Of a DNA stretch of 64,000 nt, positions 20,201-27,960 are shown piece by piece. How positions within the stretch are numbered: position 1 is the stretch's first letter; each line of letters starts with the position of its first letter. The DNA lies in the IMG/VR virus record IMGVR_UViG_3300031539_000003; one strand, given 5' to 3'. Origin of the DNA: an uncultured virus (IMG/VR IMGVR_UViG_3300031539_000003). Taxonomy: Duplodnaviria; Heunggongvirae; Uroviricota; Caudoviricetes. Below the pieces are notes generated by a model that saw nothing but the letters and a program-made list of their open reading frames with translations, ran no database searches and was not told where the DNA came from. Position numbers and translations under genes: made by a program.

Positions 20201-21681
20201 GCCATATCAATAGAAACACCAGAAGAAATATCAGCCATTGCAAAATTTGCAGGCAAATTAGCCAGCGTATATTCATAACCATAATGAATAACTAACGGAA
20301 ATTGGCTTTGCTCTGTAACCTGCAACATATCAACATGATCAACCCAGAAATAATTACTTCCATTAGTCCCATCTCCATCCAATTCCAATTTTAAATAAAC
20401 ACCACCGGCAGGAGCAGTAACAATTGCTGTATACTTAGCATAATTATCATTAGTAACTGTAACATCTACAGTAGAACTGCTAACAAAAGAAAATCCACTA
20501 TTATACCAATTTGCCTTAAATTGGAACGTCAATGCCGAAGGACTATCAGCCCTAACGTATGCTCCAAGTCGATAAGATACACCAACAGACACCGGAACAA
20601 AATTTGCATTGGCATAAGAATTACCATCACTTACCTTCACACACTTATTACCGGTATAACTCTCAGACCCATCAGTACTATATAATGGAGACCCTACTTT
20701 ATCCCAATCTGTCGGATCAGTAGTCCCATTTTCAAAATCAAAATTCTCTGACAATAATAAACTGCTTCCACCAACGATAGGGACATAGACATTTTCAGCG
20801 ACATCTCCGGATAATGTAACGGTAGCCTCAGGTAATGTCTCCCCATCAATATCTTTAGTTACTATTGATACAACCGATATAAGATCACCATTTGTATCCC
20901 ATATTTTTGTACCATCAGCATTAGTTAATTCAGATGGTGTTACATTTAAATCTGCCCCTATTCTATCTCTTTCATCGGCAGTATTTGTCCCAGGTGTAAT
21001 CAACAATGTACTGGCAGATGCCATATTACCAGGAGCATCATATTGTTGCTCTGCTTTCTCATAAACCCGCTTATTAACTATCTCAGCCAATCTCATAAGA
21101 AGATGAGGTCTTGTATCCCTAATGGTGCAATCGTTAATATCAGTAGCCGTATCAGGACGTAAAACCCTTGCTAATTCAACGTAAAGTTCAGGATTAGTCG
21201 GTAACTCGACAGCATATATAGTTCCACCAACAGTGATTGCAGCACCCTCTTGGGCAACAACTATCTCATAAGATTCTTCTGTCCTATAAGTTGTCGGTTC
21301 TCCAACTCCATACTCCCACCCCTTATCACCCTCTCCTTGAGGAAGATAAACAGGTTCAACTGGTCTAGCTATGATATAAAGAGTCAAATCGCCAGAGTAA
21401 GTCGTCGGGTCTACAATAGTTAATGTATCATCCCCACCTTTACTTGTTACAATTTTACCGTTCGTATATGATCGACCAGTATTAACTGTAACATCCCAAC
21501 CAGTATCAGCAGCAACATCAAGACCATATATTACGCAATTACCAATAGAATCATAAACGAAATCCTCAAACCTTCTATTCTGGACATCCTGGAGTTCATT
21601 TAATTCAGTCTCAAGTAATATTTTATCTTGATAAAACCTAACCTTCTTAAAATTCTTGTCTTGTTCATTGACGTTTGGCAT
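17218..21681 (-). CDS. Large tail fibre/baseplate-attached protein (DUF4815-like N-terminus, two CBM-like domains)
   Basis: FKKVRFYQDKILLETELNELQD start; duplicated domain (SENFDFENGTTDPTDW...FWVDHV and SENPTFESGVLDPDNW...FWIDNV); DH...NPHG fibre repeats. Confidence 0.7.
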   Translation of the reverse strand: MPNVNEQDKNFKKVRFYQDKILLETELNELQDVQNRRFEDFVYDSIGNCVIYGLDVAADTGWDVTVNTGRSYTNGKIVTSKGGDDTLTIVDPTTYSGDLTLYIIARPVEPVYLPQGEGDKGWEYGVGEPTTYRTEESYEIVVAQEGAAITVGGTIYAVELPTNPELYVELARVLRPDTATDINDCTIRDTRPHLLMRLAEIVNKRVYEKAEQQYDAPGNMASASTLLITPGTNTADERDRIGADLNVTPSELTNADGTKIWDTNGDLISVVSIVTKDIDGETLPEATVTLSGDVAENVYVPIVGGSSLLLSENFDFENGTTDPTDWDKVGSPLYSTDGSESYTGNKCVKVSDGNSYANANFVPVSVGVSYRLGAYVRADSPSALTFQFKANWYNSGFSFVSSSTVDVTVTNDNYAKYTAIVTAPAGGVYLKLELDGDGTNGSNYFWVDHVDMLQVTEQSQFPLVIHYGYEYTLANLPANFAMADISSGVSIDMAIQEILGNRYFDGSLPIAPDGTNSVDKRLVQQYDELHTHRHKGIISPRLEGRDVDILNPPGTTSQLTTEDHITTVGTGAADDNNAHALSSKNIDVNADESPYTILPKTGTHGETDVSIADHILEVGTGIPDADNPHGLDSSDIEHNAETFPDSSFKTIEDALFDRVKDLSGDGIVRGFHLMAEDSNYIKVTDGYGYVNGKRVRVGDSIIMMSVTSESTTDKTFRISGALVSDDIYIVYFGANTYYRWVATAFADSGILKVTINDAALVYNYDGAGIVNYENLQWDNNEKFEAQLSATYTQISIDDLVTTNDRIDIVVLGDNGVVSVVKGVEDGSRLKPLVPNNSTKIGEVYVNYATGTDVIGYDDIGDYRFRIDWKHSGSGSGGSPTGGNPSESEYSAWQQLQVLETTVEYYRQLFVSSADLGLSLSQMAVESFIDYAYMDDANSSNVQLDNRDVYLGANEVPTQATDLVADWRNFSPIGGTGTWVSKSFVDQHAIGVVNKIGSENPTFESGVLDPDNWTKTGSPVFSTDGTKSYAGDNAVKVSFGNGYTMTNFVSAEVGKSYNISAFIKAESTSVAYQLKVLWFTIADVPIGSSVVNIDTSNSRYAEYTGVVVAPSGTAKMKMQLDGDGASGSNEFWIDNVGIVELSNIESVLFFVRDEMNGGGNEVKYYLSNDGSVPVTQVTPNSLHTFDSPLTIGSQLRVKIEVIPDNNSGDSQPRVNSFSLVWGIGDGHNHNGENSSNTLGDDPAVDDLGVIGNLHLTDNEFEIPDVAALLSYLTPPAPPVLGGEDTGNGAHPVDNGPNDMRQDWANLGFLSSNAYIPADAVLLPGTSITIGAHHSGVTNLSGTAYNITGYIYPADQGYLEATIDGQVIATLNLSDVWGDVIYTDSSQSKVNILPRTATEQTDYPVTVGPHGTIELTERMTYVPPQTSLPFPYYQTAQYRLIFNPYDWQNNNSVYGQEELGVIVITHYTNPTKTTIIGSASCPSVFNDVG

Positions 21682-21697
21682 AATTTATTAACCTTTT

Positions 21698-22312
21698 TTA
21701 CGCAGGTTTATATAATTCTCTTTTATCGGAAATCATTCTAACGAACCAATTTGAATCCTGCAATACCTCTACATCCATTCCGAAAACTTTATCAATAGCC
21801 TTTATCATACCGTGAAATCTCGCATGATAATCGTGACCACTCACAAAACCACCATCTTTTACTTTATCCATCCACGCTATAATATCTGCTAATCCATTTT
21901 CTTCATCATGAATAGCATCTATATAAACTAAATCTAATGAAAAATCATCTATCGAATTTACAGCATTGAGAGAGGTATCCCTAATAATAGATATTTCACT
22001 ATTATTTCTTGCCATTCCAGCAATGCGATTATAAATCTTCTCCCAATATTCATTCGTAAGTTCTTCTGGTCTTGGGGTTCTATCATAATTTTCAGGATAA
22101 GGTTTCCAGGGATCAACGCAATAATATTTTTCAATAATACCCTTGCACCCTTTAATAACTCTCCCTGTCAAACCGCCGGTAAATACACCTATCTCGGCAA
22201 CATGCTTTAACTCATATTCCTTAATCAAATATTCAAGCATATGCATATTGCCGACATCAACAAATGCTTTTTTAGCACCACAACACCAGTTTGGTAAACT
22301 TCTTTTTCCCAT
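21698..22312 (-). CDS. Class I SAM-dependent methyltransferase (Methyltransf_24-like)
   Basis: AEIGVFTG, YCVDPW, DLVYIDAIH, GGFVSGHDY motifs. Confidence 0.85.
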   Translation of the reverse strand: MGKRSLPNWCCGAKKAFVDVGNMHMLEYLIKEYELKHVAEIGVFTGGLTGRVIKGCKGIIEKYYCVDPWKPYPENYDRTPRPEELTNEYWEKIYNRIAGMARNNSEISIIRDTSLNAVNSIDDFSLDLVYIDAIHDEENGLADIIAWMDKVKDGGFVSGHDYHARFHGMIKAIDKVFGMDVEVLQDSNWFVRMISDKRELYKPA

Positions 22313-22314
22313 AA

Positions 22315-23163
22315 TTAATCAGCCGGTTCCATCGGAGCATCATTCAACGGTACTGTTATTCTCCACCTTATCATAAGTCTATCAGTACTCGACTTATGCC
22401 ATATTTTAAAAGTCCTATAGTTAACCATATCACCATATTCCTGAAGCTGACTGATAACAATATAATCCCTATCGAAAGGTTCAACGGTTCCTCCAAATAA
22501 ACCCATCTCCATTAAACCACCGACAACTTCAAGATCACCAAACTCACATTCAAGCTCTATAATATGTGTGGGATATGCGCTAACCGTAAAATCAGTATTA
22601 AGATATTGCACTTTCTGGAATTTCTTCCTACCAACTTCATTTACCAGTATTGGCTTATCTATATTTGCCCATAAAGCATCCCCATCTTCCAGCATCCTAC
22701 CACCCAACACTGTCGAACCTGGTGGATTCGTTTTATCCCAATCCTGCGGTAAACCCTGAATATTTAATACATCGGTAATATCATCGCCACTTTCAGCAAT
22801 ATATTTCCCAAGGCCACTATTGTACGATTCAGACGGCTTACCAAAACCAATAGCCAAGTGAGTAATGCCCCTTAACTTCTCTATGGTATCCTGACCATAA
22901 ATATCCTGAAATGTTGCCCCTGTTGGCAAAGCCTCACCTATCAAAACTCTGGCAATCAAGATACTACATCTTTCAACAACAATATTCTGAACATGTCGCG
23001 TCTCAGAAGTTCCATTTTTATGAAGCATTGTAGCAAAAATCTCACCTTTAATGTTCTTCAAAAAATCCATTTGCTCATGATACTTATAGACTTTCCTTTT
23101 CTTACCACCATGCAACAAAGCATCGATTTTCCTGATCTCATTACTATTTAATTCGAAATCCAT
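22315..23163 (-). CDS. Baseplate wedge / tail-collar fibre attachment protein
   Basis: NIVV...ITHLAIGFG...LVNEVGRK...EMGLFGG...YRTF..WHK...IRWRIT pattern; follows the baseplate J/I-like genes. Confidence 0.65.
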   Translation of the reverse strand: MDFELNSNEIRKIDALLHGGKKRKVYKYHEQMDFLKNIKGEIFATMLHKNGTSETRHVQNIVVERCSILIARVLIGEALPTGATFQDIYGQDTIEKLRGITHLAIGFGKPSESYNSGLGKYIAESGDDITDVLNIQGLPQDWDKTNPPGSTVLGGRMLEDGDALWANIDKPILVNEVGRKKFQKVQYLNTDFTVSAYPTHIIELECEFGDLEVVGGLMEMGLFGGTVEPFDRDYIVISQLQEYGDMVNYRTFKIWHKSSTDRLMIRWRITVPLNDAPMEPAD

Positions 23164-23175
23164 ATTACACTCCTT

Positions 23176-25056
23176 TTACAAGCAGACAACTTCTCTCTCG
23201 TATTGATGAATAGCATCTCTCGTAAAGTATTCTGTTATTATAGCCTTCACTCCATAGAATAATGTCCATCTTCTATTTCTAATTCTTGGCATCCTTACTG
23301 GCTGTACAGTAGTAAGCCATTGCATTTTTTGTAATTCAAGCGTAGGATTACTCCCTCCATTCCCATAAGGATTAGCCGGTACTACCGTAGTCTGACCAAT
23401 AACACTACTAGCCATAGCGACCACTAAATCACTACCGGCATCTATATTGTCAAATATTTCTTCTATGCCACTGATAGGAATGTCCCAATATTCAATGAAA
23501 AATTCTGCCAGCCTAAAAATTGGGGCTTTATATATAGTACCACTCAAATTTACCCTAAACTGAAAAAAAGCATCAACAGATTCAACAATAAATTCTCCAG
23601 TATTGGTTACATATTCAGTTCCCCAATCATCCCCATCTCCTAAACCATTGAGATATGCTTCGGAAGGCCCAGTCCTTATTTGTACTGATATATCTCCGGT
23701 ATTATAAATCCACTTCACCATTCCGAATTTTGTCATACCATCACCATCGATGGGAGGTGAAATATAATATCCATCTGTCTCATATTCATCTAATACAGCA
23801 TCATAATCTAATTCTATATCAGCATCTTCTATTAATTTTCCTTCGTTAATATTACTCCATTTACCGGTCATTAGATAATCAGTTAAAATATCATCCCCAA
23901 AATAAACCATATCGTCACCATTAAATTCTTTGGGAACAACCTGTAAAGTAGCCTTTAAATCTGTAGTGCCATCATCTATCCTTAATCTAATATCATGTGA
24001 ATCAGCCGGTTCAACTCTAACCACTTCTCTCACATTGTTGTCTGCGTGATTAAATAATACGATTTCTTCTCTTTGCCCTAAACGTAACGGTATCTGAAAA
24101 TCCTTTGGCAAAGTAAATGATTCACCGTCCAATAATCGGTGTACTCTCCTAGATGTCATTACTCCGTATGAAACATCATCTTCAAACCTTTTCCCAGGAG
24201 CATTATTCTCAGTTCCATCATGATCTGTAAACCCTATTTTCGCTGCCCCTTCATCCGTACCTACAAGTAAATCATAATCTTGCTCCTTGACATTACCTTT
24301 AGTTCTAATATCAATTATGTCGTGTCTTTGTAATATGGGGATACCCCTGCACCAGTCATCCCTGACAACTTCGCCATCTAAATTACCTAATATTTCTCCT
24401 TTAATTTTACCTGTCAAAGACGCTTTATCTTCCAACTTCATTCTAAAATTATCTTTAAAATTTCCATGAAAGATAAGGTACAACAATACTCCTGCTGCTC
24501 TCGTTTTATATATTTTATCAAAAAGTTCAGCCCTACTTATGATAACTTCATCACCAGTCTGAACCATCATTAAATGGACTTCTATTTTCCCCTCTTTCGT
24601 TTCTTCTCCCAAGAATTTTGCTTCTTCAATAAAATCTTCGCCACCCTTTAATGCTTCTCTATAAACTTCAACCACTTTAGTATCATCATAATCATCATTA
24701 TCAACGTCTATTCCATAATAACCTCTAATTGCGTTTTTTATTCCCTGTAATGTAGAATCATTAAAAAATGTATCGTTAATAATAAGTCTTTTTCTATATG
24801 CCTCATCAATTTCACCGGCTAATCTTGGTCTATTCATCCCTTCACCGATTATATCAAGGTCATTTCCTTTTGCTGTCATAATAAAACGTGCACGAAGATT
24901 ACTGTCTACATCTTTCTTTATTTTATATAAAGAATTAGCCTCTGTCTTAAGAAGTACCCTATCAACACTATCTTCCTTGTACGGGCCGTCCCACTCAAGA
25001 AACATTTTCAGCATGTTTTCAAAAATTTGTTTTATCTCAGAATTTCTATCAGGCAT
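23176..25056 (-). CDS. Baseplate wedge protein (P2 gpI / XkdU-like N-terminus) with long C-terminal extension
   Basis: FIMTAKGNDLDIIGEGMNRPRLAGEIDEAYRKRL...TLQGIKNAI...RAAGV; directly after baseplate J. Confidence 0.7.
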   Translation of the reverse strand: MPDRNSEIKQIFENMLKMFLEWDGPYKEDSVDRVLLKTEANSLYKIKKDVDSNLRARFIMTAKGNDLDIIGEGMNRPRLAGEIDEAYRKRLIINDTFFNDSTLQGIKNAIRGYYGIDVDNDDYDDTKVVEVYREALKGGEDFIEEAKFLGEETKEGKIEVHLMMVQTGDEVIISRAELFDKIYKTRAAGVLLYLIFHGNFKDNFRMKLEDKASLTGKIKGEILGNLDGEVVRDDWCRGIPILQRHDIIDIRTKGNVKEQDYDLLVGTDEGAAKIGFTDHDGTENNAPGKRFEDDVSYGVMTSRRVHRLLDGESFTLPKDFQIPLRLGQREEIVLFNHADNNVREVVRVEPADSHDIRLRIDDGTTDLKATLQVVPKEFNGDDMVYFGDDILTDYLMTGKWSNINEGKLIEDADIELDYDAVLDEYETDGYYISPPIDGDGMTKFGMVKWIYNTGDISVQIRTGPSEAYLNGLGDGDDWGTEYVTNTGEFIVESVDAFFQFRVNLSGTIYKAPIFRLAEFFIEYWDIPISGIEEIFDNIDAGSDLVVAMASSVIGQTTVVPANPYGNGGSNPTLELQKMQWLTTVQPVRMPRIRNRRWTLFYGVKAIITEYFTRDAIHQYEREVVCL

Positions 25057-25067
25057 AATTACCTATC

Positions 25068-27386
25068 TTATACAAATTCAATATTACCGGCTCTCAAAAA
25101 TCCTCCTGCTGGAGGAATTATATCAGTCGATGGGCTTAAAACTTCTGTATAAAGTAATCCTTCTTCATCGGGATTAGCCTCTGCTATTATTCTTTCCCAA
25201 TATGCTACTTCGTCCTGCTCTAACTGATTTATATAAGCCGTTAAATTATCAATAATCAATTCCTTAATTGCATTCTCATCAGCACCACTCTCTAAATTTA
25301 TACCTACAGAGATAGAAACATCCACAAATTCTACCTGTGGCTCCTCTATAATAACTTCAATACCAGCGGCCTTAACTTCATTAATCGCATCTTCAACAGC
25401 CTGCCTTAAATCATTAGACATAGGTAACGCATGAGGTACCGGTAAAACAGTAATACTACCAGGCCTAACCTGCCAAACAGTATCCATGTATTCGCCTAAT
25501 TCCCCCTCATTTGAACCAATATCATCAGGAACTTTCAAAGCATTTTGTGCCTCTATCTCATAAATTCTTCTAGTGTCAGCCGTACCTGTCTTCTCTCCGA
25601 ATATTTCTGCACTTATCAGATTACTTCCATTACTCTTAAATTTATCCGCAACTTGAACCGGGTTATAAAGTGCGCCATCGTACACGTACCTCACAGTAAC
25701 AATACCAGTATCCTTAAAAACTGTTATTTTCTGCCCAGACTGAAGGACAAATGAAGATGAAGATTCACTTGATTCAGAAGAGTCGCTAGACATAGAAGAT
25801 AGCGAACTATCAGAATTAGATGAATCTGAGCTATCCGAAACAGCACTCGAAACAGAAGAAGAACTATGAATATCTGATGACTGCGATGAATTGCTGGATA
25901 AAGAAGAATTTGAACTATCGGATGATTCACTGGAAAGTGAAGATTCAGAACTCCTTGAAAGAGGGCTCGACTCTGACGAAATACTAGATATTGATGAATC
26001 AGAACTCTGTGACGTAGATGAAGTGCTAGACGATGATACTTCCAATAAACCTAACTCATACGGGGTACCATCTATATCGGTCTGCCCAGGTGTCAGTGCA
26101 ATTACTGGCTGATACGTTGGAATAACAAAATTAATTTCATCCCCTAACCCATCTAATAATAAGAATACCGGAAGTTCTTCTTCATACACAACATAAGTAT
26201 TAATATTACAAATTGATGACTGAGCGTTTAATAAATCCCTTAACACTCCAACATTCGGGACATTATCATAAATCTCTAATGTTCTAATATCATCGCCATA
26301 AGCAAATGTATATTTTAGTCCACTCGTAGATCCTGGAACAACATCAAAATAAATATCTTCAAGTTCCATTCCTTCGGGCTGAATTGTTAAAAATTTACCA
26401 ATAATCCTTGCCCCATCAGTAAGTTCGTAACTCTTTCTAGTGGTATTAATGTTACGTATTAATTCATCAAAATTGTCTATATTATTAAAATCTTCAGTAA
26501 GCTCAACATCATGGCTATCCCTATTCCATACCTTTAATCTTTTTGTCCCCGCCTGAGAACCATCGGTAATGTATAATGAAACTCTATCTGTTGCTATGGT
26601 AGCATTTAATGTACGAAGATAACAACACTTAACTGAAACACCATCTTCAAGATAATATTCTGCTGCAATTATTATTTGAGTTGGGTCAGTTATTGATACC
26701 GTTCTAATGCCCTGAACTCCCATAATAGCATTAGTAATAGCAGCCAATGTACCTTTTCCAAGAGACTCGAGGGCAACAATAATTCTTGCTCTATAATCTT
26801 CATCTGTTTCCTGTTTCGTCCCACCAGTAGTAGATGTAGTTACAACCCTATGGACACCAGATGGCGGATTAGGCATTCTATTTAGAGCACCAGCAGCCAA
26901 ATTACCGGATTCCCCTGGAATTGTACATCTAATACTTATTTCAGTACTCAATTGATTGGGAACAATTGTACCAGATTCAGTAGTAACAAAAGTAATAACT
27001 TCTTCATCAGGTGAATCTGAACTTGTTGTTACTTCTAGCCCTTGTGGGATCCTAAGTTCAACTGGCGATGGTAATTCTCTATAAAAAGTGGCAACACCTT
27101 CAGCATAATTAGGCTGTAATCTAAAAACACCCCTCTCTTGTCCATGCAAATCAAGATGCTTTCCAGTTGCATATAATATAAAACTTTGTTTCTTAAACTG
27201 ATATAACTTATAGTATAAATCAACCTTCTGCCTACCACTAGTATACATGAAAGTCCACATTTTACTACCAACATCAACATCAGTTACATCTCCACCTTTA
27301 ACAGTATTAACGTAATTCATCAGTTGATCTGCAACCACTTCACTAACAGGAGGGACTATCGTATTAACGTCTATTAATGATGCCAT
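25068..27386 (-). CDS. Baseplate J-like wedge protein with ~400-aa insertion containing a Ser-rich tract
   Basis: FILYATGKHLDLHG, PGESGN, GGTKQETDEDYRARI, GKGTLAAI, VKAAGIEV. Confidence 0.9.
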   Translation of the reverse strand: MASLIDVNTIVPPVSEVVADQLMNYVNTVKGGDVTDVDVGSKMWTFMYTSGRQKVDLYYKLYQFKKQSFILYATGKHLDLHGQERGVFRLQPNYAEGVATFYRELPSPVELRIPQGLEVTTSSDSPDEEVITFVTTESGTIVPNQLSTEISIRCTIPGESGNLAAGALNRMPNPPSGVHRVVTTSTTGGTKQETDEDYRARIIVALESLGKGTLAAITNAIMGVQGIRTVSITDPTQIIIAAEYYLEDGVSVKCCYLRTLNATIATDRVSLYITDGSQAGTKRLKVWNRDSHDVELTEDFNNIDNFDELIRNINTTRKSYELTDGARIIGKFLTIQPEGMELEDIYFDVVPGSTSGLKYTFAYGDDIRTLEIYDNVPNVGVLRDLLNAQSSICNINTYVVYEEELPVFLLLDGLGDEINFVIPTYQPVIALTPGQTDIDGTPYELGLLEVSSSSTSSTSQSSDSSISSISSESSPLSRSSESSLSSESSDSSNSSLSSNSSQSSDIHSSSSVSSAVSDSSDSSNSDSSLSSMSSDSSESSESSSSFVLQSGQKITVFKDTGIVTVRYVYDGALYNPVQVADKFKSNGSNLISAEIFGEKTGTADTRRIYEIEAQNALKVPDDIGSNEGELGEYMDTVWQVRPGSITVLPVPHALPMSNDLRQAVEDAINEVKAAGIEVIIEEPQVEFVDVSISVGINLESGADENAIKELIIDNLTAYINQLEQDEVAYWERIIAEANPDEEGLLYTEVLSPSTDIIPPAGGFLRAGNIEFV

Positions 27387-27401
27387 ATATATCGATCCTT
27401 A

Positions 27402-27860
27402 TTATGCAATCTCTGATTCAACAAGAGTACCGGTTTTAAGGAAAAAACTAAAAACAAATAAAGATGGGTCAGGATAATCGACAACTTGAACACTGATTGC
27501 GATATCAACAGCCCTATGATCACGAGCATTTTTATCCACAGATATATCTAATGTACCATCCACGAATCTCTCTTCGAACAATAAAGATTGTTCAATCCAT
27601 GTCCCTATTAACTCTCTATTCTCAAAAGAATTTCCCTTACCTATCATTTCATTAAGACGACTACCATACCAAGGATATTCAGGATACCATGCAAGCGGCG
27701 TTTTAAGTCGCCTAAATATTGCATTGGATAAATTGTACAAACCACTAACAATCGCGATATCACCCTGCCTATCAAGAACTATCGTTCTCTCAAAAACATC
27801 TTCAGCCCAACCCCTACCTAAATAAGAGTCCTGTTGTTCTTCCTGGTAACTCTTTGCCAT
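27402..27860 (-). CDS. Baseplate wedge/sheath initiator (T4 gp25 / P2 gpW-like)
   Basis: GDIAIVSGLYNLSNAIFRRLKTP...YPWYGSRL...QSLLFEERF; directly upstream of J. Confidence 0.8.
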   Translation of the reverse strand: MAKSYQEEQQDSYLGRGWAEDVFERTIVLDRQGDIAIVSGLYNLSNAIFRRLKTPLAWYPEYPWYGSRLNEMIGKGNSFENRELIGTWIEQSLLFEERFVDGTLDISVDKNARDHRAVDIAISVQVVDYPDPSLFVFSFFLKTGTLVESEIA

Positions 27861-27917
27861 AACTTATTGCCAATGTTGAATTTAAGTCAATAAAACGGTA
27901 AAACTACTCTTTTATAA

Positions 27918-27945
27918 TACTTTATTTTTTATAAATAAAATATCG
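27918..27945 (-). promoter_or_regulatory. Putative phage late promoter, 28-bp bipartite motif
   Basis: Minus strand CGATATTTTATTTATAAAAAATAAAGTA upstream of the baseplate wedge genes. Confidence 0.65.
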
Positions 27946-27960
27946 GACTAAAATGCAGAA

